Below are positions 16,068 to 20,000 of a DNA stretch of 20,000 nucleotides, in pieces. The notes beneath the pieces were generated by a model that ran no database searches, had not been told where the DNA came from, and saw only the letters and a program-made list of their open reading frames with translations. A program made the translations under genes and the position numbers. Source of the stretch: an uncultured virus (IMG/VR IMGVR_UViG_3300010938_000027) (lineage: Duplodnaviria; Heunggongvirae; Uroviricota; Caudoviricetes). The stretch's first letter is position 1. Each line of letters opens with the position of its first letter. The stretch lies in the IMG/VR virus record IMGVR_UViG_3300010938_000027; one strand, given 5' to 3'.

Positions 16068-17382
16068 CGCCAGAGCCCAACCACCTACCCATAAAGAAGG
16101 TTGTAGCATTTCGGTCAACTATTGTAATAGTATTGCTGGTTGGAACATTATACACAATCACACCATAGTATTTAGTTGTATCCAGCGGTAGAACTTGTGT
16201 TAACATTACTGGGAAATAACCATAAGTTTGTCCAGGAACATTCTGGTTAAAAGTCAAGTATACTTCTCGCTGTGCCCCTACCCTTGTATGTGACCCATCC
16301 TCATTCCGATACCCAAAATAAACAATGAATTGGTAAGATGTGCCATTAGTCATTTGAATATTCACACAGAAAGTCACCAAATAAAGCCCGCTGTCATACA
16401 CCCTAATATAACAATTATTATAAGGTGTAGCGGATGGCTTCTCTGCCCTGATAAGTGTATATTCAAGACCTCCATTTGTTACAAGTGGCCACGGAACAGG
16501 AGATGTTACACCAGGGCTCTGGTTTACAGAGTTGCCTCCATAGTCAATCAACTTCCAATATGGAACAACAGGGCGTTTACTCACAATCAAGGCATCAGTT
16601 GCAAACTTTGCAGATTGGATAGTTCCATCAGCAATCTTGTCATTTATGATTTGTAGGTCTGCAACTTTCGGTGTTAGTATTGCACCGTCCTGTATCTTTG
16701 CGGTAGAAACAGAATTACTTGCGAGTTTCACTTCTGTTATACTGCCATCAGGGTGGTCAACTGGTGAAGCAGTTTTGTGGTAATATGCAAAGTCAGTCAA
16801 TGACCGCTTGTCTGTATCCGTTGCACCAGACGGGAAGTAGTCAGGGTCTCTTATGTTTATTGCAGTAATTGTAGGTCCTGTTGTGTCAATACCGATATAC
16901 CCGATTTCAAGCCATCCCGCCTGTGGTGATGTATTACTATCTGACTGAATTACCACATCCCAGGCGAACCTTGTATGTGTAGGAACTACTTGTGTGTATG
17001 GTTCTGTGCCTGACCAGAATACCCGTGTTTGCTCATCTGCGGTTACACTTGTTTGTCTCGTCCACACAAGCAGATGTGATGGGTCAACATTATTGAATGT
17101 CAGTCCGCTCAACCCCGCGGAGCGTTGTGCAGGGTAATACCCGAGTATGGTATCATCATAGGTTATACCCAATCCTGCATCAACAACCAGTGTGCTTGTG
17201 TTCAGTCCGCTCATATTCCATCTTGTCAGTATCCTGCCTCTACCCTGCAAACTGGTTGCCTGTGGTGATAGTATTGACCTTATTGTGCGTAATACTGCCT
17301 GATAAATAAAGTCCTGTAAGTCATTTATGTCTGATAACTCCAACCTTTCCCGTCCTGTTAACCTAACCCTGTCAAATGGCAT
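16054..17382 (-). CDS. tail fibre / baseplate-attached fibre protein
   Basis: Follows the J/I-like genes; N-terminal LELSDINDLQD; about five 10-aa repeats; C-terminal SGLYLVTFCVNI (C1q/TNF-like head); SD AGGAGG. Confidence 0.7.
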   Translation of the reverse strand: MPFDRVRLTGRERLELSDINDLQDFIYQAVLRTIRSILSPQATSLQGRGRILTRWNMSGLNTSTLVVDAGLGITYDDTILGYYPAQRSAGLSGLTFNNVDPSHLLVWTRQTSVTADEQTRVFWSGTEPYTQVVPTHTRFAWDVVIQSDSNTSPQAGWLEIGYIGIDTTGPTITAINIRDPDYFPSGATDTDKRSLTDFAYYHKTASPVDHPDGSITEVKLASNSVSTAKIQDGAILTPKVADLQIINDKIADGTIQSAKFATDALIVSKRPVVPYWKLIDYGGNSVNQSPGVTSPVPWPLVTNGGLEYTLIRAEKPSATPYNNCYIRVYDSGLYLVTFCVNIQMTNGTSYQFIVYFGYRNEDGSHTRVGAQREVYLTFNQNVPGQTYGYFPVMLTQVLPLDTTKYYGVIVYNVPTSNTITIVDRNATTFFMGRWLGSGDGRL

Positions 17383-17412
17383 ATCTTATAAACCTCCTAT
17401 AATTTCCTATTC

Positions 17413-18345
17413 CTATGTGGTTATGTTGACAAACTGCATACCACACCCGTAAGGTAGAAACCACTCACAATCCCTGTAGTAGTCAATGTTTGTATCAATA
17501 CCAGTATGTAGAGTTGGTTGTATCTGTAATTCCGCAGGTGAAGTGATGTATAATGACCTTGTGTAAGGTAAGATATCATTTATGTCATTCCCAAAATATC
17601 CACCGCAAGTGAGGTCATTGGTGTCATTCGGTAAATAGAATCCACCAACCCCTAATGGTGGTGGGTCATCCTCCCAGGGTTCAACCCTGTCCAGTTCCCG
17701 TATTGCATCCCTGTAAATGAACACAAGCACTGCGTATGTCAATGGATGAGTGGTAATGAACATTCTGGGATAGTCAAACCTCGCATACCTTCGTAATGCT
17801 TCAATCACCACTGGTAATGTGCCCCTGTTTGCATACATCACAGGAATAACCCGTCTCAATGTTGGGTCATTCGGCCAACTACCCATAAAATATCTATTCA
17901 AACCCCTATCCTTCACGAAGAAGTCCAATAACTTGCCTTCTATGAACCTGACAATTGTTTGTTTGAACACCTCTAACAATTGTGAGGTATAGTCCTTCGG
18001 GTGCCATATTATCACAATTGACCCTGCATCGTGTGGTTCAGGTTTGGTATTCAAACACCCGCGTTGTGTTATCCGTAATGAACTATCTTCGCGTTCATAA
18101 CTTATGAATTCCCTGTCAATCATAATCAAACCCTTGTCAGGGAAAGAGTGTCCATCCTCAACATACAGATGACTATCAGTAGTGCCAACCGCATACATCA
18201 ACTTTGAATACAACCTGCCTGCAAGCGACTGGAATTGTTCTGCAATTGCCTCAATGATACCCTTGAATACTACACTAACAAACACATTCAGGTCTGGGAA
18301 TACATTGAAACGGTCAAAGGTTTCTTCTATCCTATCCTTATACAT
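17413..18345 (-). CDS. baseplate wedge protein (P2 gpI-like)
   Basis: Immediately downstream of baseplate J; G.LLD....RGL.R...D..LRR.I...RGT...V.EAL pattern. Confidence 0.6.
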   Translation of the reverse strand: MYKDRIEETFDRFNVFPDLNVFVSVVFKGIIEAIAEQFQSLAGRLYSKLMYAVGTTDSHLYVEDGHSFPDKGLIMIDREFISYEREDSSLRITQRGCLNTKPEPHDAGSIVIIWHPKDYTSQLLEVFKQTIVRFIEGKLLDFFVKDRGLNRYFMGSWPNDPTLRRVIPVMYANRGTLPVVIEALRRYARFDYPRMFITTHPLTYAVLVFIYRDAIRELDRVEPWEDDPPPLGVGGFYLPNDTNDLTCGGYFGNDINDILPYTRSLYITSPAELQIQPTLHTGIDTNIDYYRDCEWFLPYGCGMQFVNITT

Positions 18346-19678
18346 TGATTGTTATTGTGCCTGCCCTCACAACCTGGTCATCATTAACCAATACATTACT
18401 TGATGGTGTTGTTAGTGTGCAGTTCAATACCCCTTCTACATCCATTATGACATCAATAAGTTCTGACACATACAGCGTTTCACCAATTCGTTTATTGTTC
18501 AGGTGTGTCTGTATGGCACTGATAACTGCATTCTTGACACTCAACGGGTCGTATGTGCTTGCAACGGTTATAGTTGCCTCAACATTCTGGGTTATGACTG
18601 ATGCGGGTTTAATCAGGATTTGCACTCCTGATGGTAGATACCCAGGTTTGTTGTATGGGTCAGAAGTATCCCCAGCGATTGTGTCATACAAAACATTTAT
18701 CAATTCATCATCATACTCGTATGCAGTTATGTGGTATGTAATACCAGTCTGGACTGGGTCTTTGAGTATAACCTGTTTGTAGTTATACACCACCCAGTAA
18801 TCGGTATTCTCCTGTAATGCAGTAGTCCCTGCGGATACTGACACGGTATTCAGTGTTGGATACCAGGGTAGTTTCAGTATGTTTGATGGTGATGGCACAG
18901 CAGTATAATCCTGTGAAGCAGTGATTGGTGCTGGACACCAGGTTGTGCCATCATTGACAATCAGGTGGTGTTTATTACCACTTATAGGTTTGAACGAAGC
19001 AGTTTTTACCTGCTGTCCCGCAGTAGTGGTTGTGTTATAGCATACAACGAACAATGATGGATACACACCCCTGACGAGACCCCTTAGTGTTTCCCTTATT
19101 CGCACTCTGAATTCTGCATCTGTTTCAGTATCACTACCACCAGCAAACGGATTGGGGTTATTTACACCAGTTATACCATCAATGTATGTTATGAGTTTGG
19201 TTATTGTATTCGCACCGACATTACCCTTACTACCATACTCCACCGCAGTAGCAAATGCCAGTCCTTCACTCTGTCCCGCAGGGATAGTCAGTGGTCGTAT
19301 TGTCCTGAACCTTATCTCGGGTTGTGATTCCGTTTCAGGCACTGCCACTTCGGTATCCTGTGGAACGGTTATGTCTGTATTCACATACCCAGAACCCTTC
19401 ATAAACTTTACATACCCACCAGCCTTCGTTGCGGATTTACGAGTGGTGAATTCACTTGCCCGCAGGTCTAACTGCTGACCCTGTGCAGTATCAAGGAAGT
19501 ATGACCGCAGAACTTCAATCGTTGAAGCATAAAGTCCAGCGAGTTGTAATGATACACCTTCAACCAGTGAAGTAATCACATCACCTTCATTGAACGGAAA
19601 TGGTATGCCAGTCTTGTTTACAATCGCATTTTTCAGTTCAGTTAGTATGTCATCATAGGTTTTTATTTGTATTGCCAT
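18338..19678 (-). CDS. baseplate J-like wedge protein
   Basis: FLDTAQGQQLD, RK.AT.A.G.V.F, G..GNVGANTI, V.N...F.GG.D.ETDAEFR.R and IGE.LY.SELI..IM.VEGV. Confidence 0.92.
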   Translation of the reverse strand: MAIQIKTYDDILTELKNAIVNKTGIPFPFNEGDVITSLVEGVSLQLAGLYASTIEVLRSYFLDTAQGQQLDLRASEFTTRKSATKAGGYVKFMKGSGYVNTDITVPQDTEVAVPETESQPEIRFRTIRPLTIPAGQSEGLAFATAVEYGSKGNVGANTITKLITYIDGITGVNNPNPFAGGSDTETDAEFRVRIRETLRGLVRGVYPSLFVVCYNTTTTAGQQVKTASFKPISGNKHHLIVNDGTTWCPAPITASQDYTAVPSPSNILKLPWYPTLNTVSVSAGTTALQENTDYWVVYNYKQVILKDPVQTGITYHITAYEYDDELINVLYDTIAGDTSDPYNKPGYLPSGVQILIKPASVITQNVEATITVASTYDPLSVKNAVISAIQTHLNNKRIGETLYVSELIDVIMDVEGVLNCTLTTPSSNVLVNDDQVVRAGTITINV

Positions 19679-19682
19679 AGGT

Positions 19683-20000
19683 TCATTCTCCTAAAACCTT
19701 CACTGAAATTATATCAGTCAATTCAATTGGTTTCAACAACACATTGACCTGTGCGGTATCACCCTCTGCGGATGACCTTACTGCAATAATCTGCTCTATG
19801 CGGGTGTCTTCCATAATGAATGAAATCAGTTGCCGTAATGTTATACCTTTCAATTGTGTCAGTTTTTTGCCAACTTCCAGTGTGCCATAAGTTGGATGTA
19901 TGAATAACATACCGAGTGGTGTGGATAATCGGCGTTGTAATGCCTGTTTCAGTGCCACATACCCTATTGCCAATCCTAAATCCTTCCTCGCATTCAACAC
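19683..20000 (-). CDS. baseplate wedge gp25/W-like protein (5'-truncated by the window edge)
   Basis: LKQAL.RRL.TPLG.L..HP.YG and D.RI motifs; directly upstream of baseplate J. Confidence 0.8.
   Translation of the reverse strand: MLNARKDLGLAIGYVALKQALQRRLSTPLGMLFIHPTYGTLEVGKKLTQLKGITLRQLISFIMEDTRIEQIIAVRSSAEGDTAQVNVLLKPIELTDIISVKVLGE

Noticed and set aside
1..20000. Archaeal virus origin suggested by DUF366, DUF2341 and the QueC variant
   Set aside because: M15 and SLT murein hydrolases, RuvC, bacterial-type RecA motifs and -35/-10 promoters point to a bacterial host.

Overview
A gene-dense 20 kb segment of a large contractile-tailed (myovirus-like) dsDNA bacteriophage or prophage. A bacterial host is inferred from two peptidoglycan hydrolases, strong GGAGGTG Shine-Dalgarno sites and sigma70-type promoters. 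The left arm (1-8681, + strand) encodes a recombination module (RecA/UvsX-like, Mre11/SbcD, Rad50/SbcC, RuvC-like), QueC fused in an operon to a DUF366-like gene, an M15 peptidase, a membrane-anchored lytic transglycosylase and a SAM methyltransferase. The right arm (8751-20000, mostly - strand) is a baseplate/tail module (gp25/W, J, I-like, tail fibre, an AT-rich beta-helix + DUF2341 protein) interleaved with two glycosyltransferases, QueD, a holin-like gene and a PurD-like ATP-grasp ligase. Main leads: (i) a split 7-deazaguanine (preQ0) pathway with DUF366 as an uncharacterised partner; (ii) a candidate virion-decoration enzyme set embedded among tail genes; (iii) strong avoidance of palindromic 4-mers such as GATC and AGCT; (iv) a recurring TTGAnn-N16-18-TAAAAT promoter motif, including a symmetric back-to-back pair and a 41-bp duplication upstream of queC. 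All family calls come from motif recognition by eye; no searches were run.
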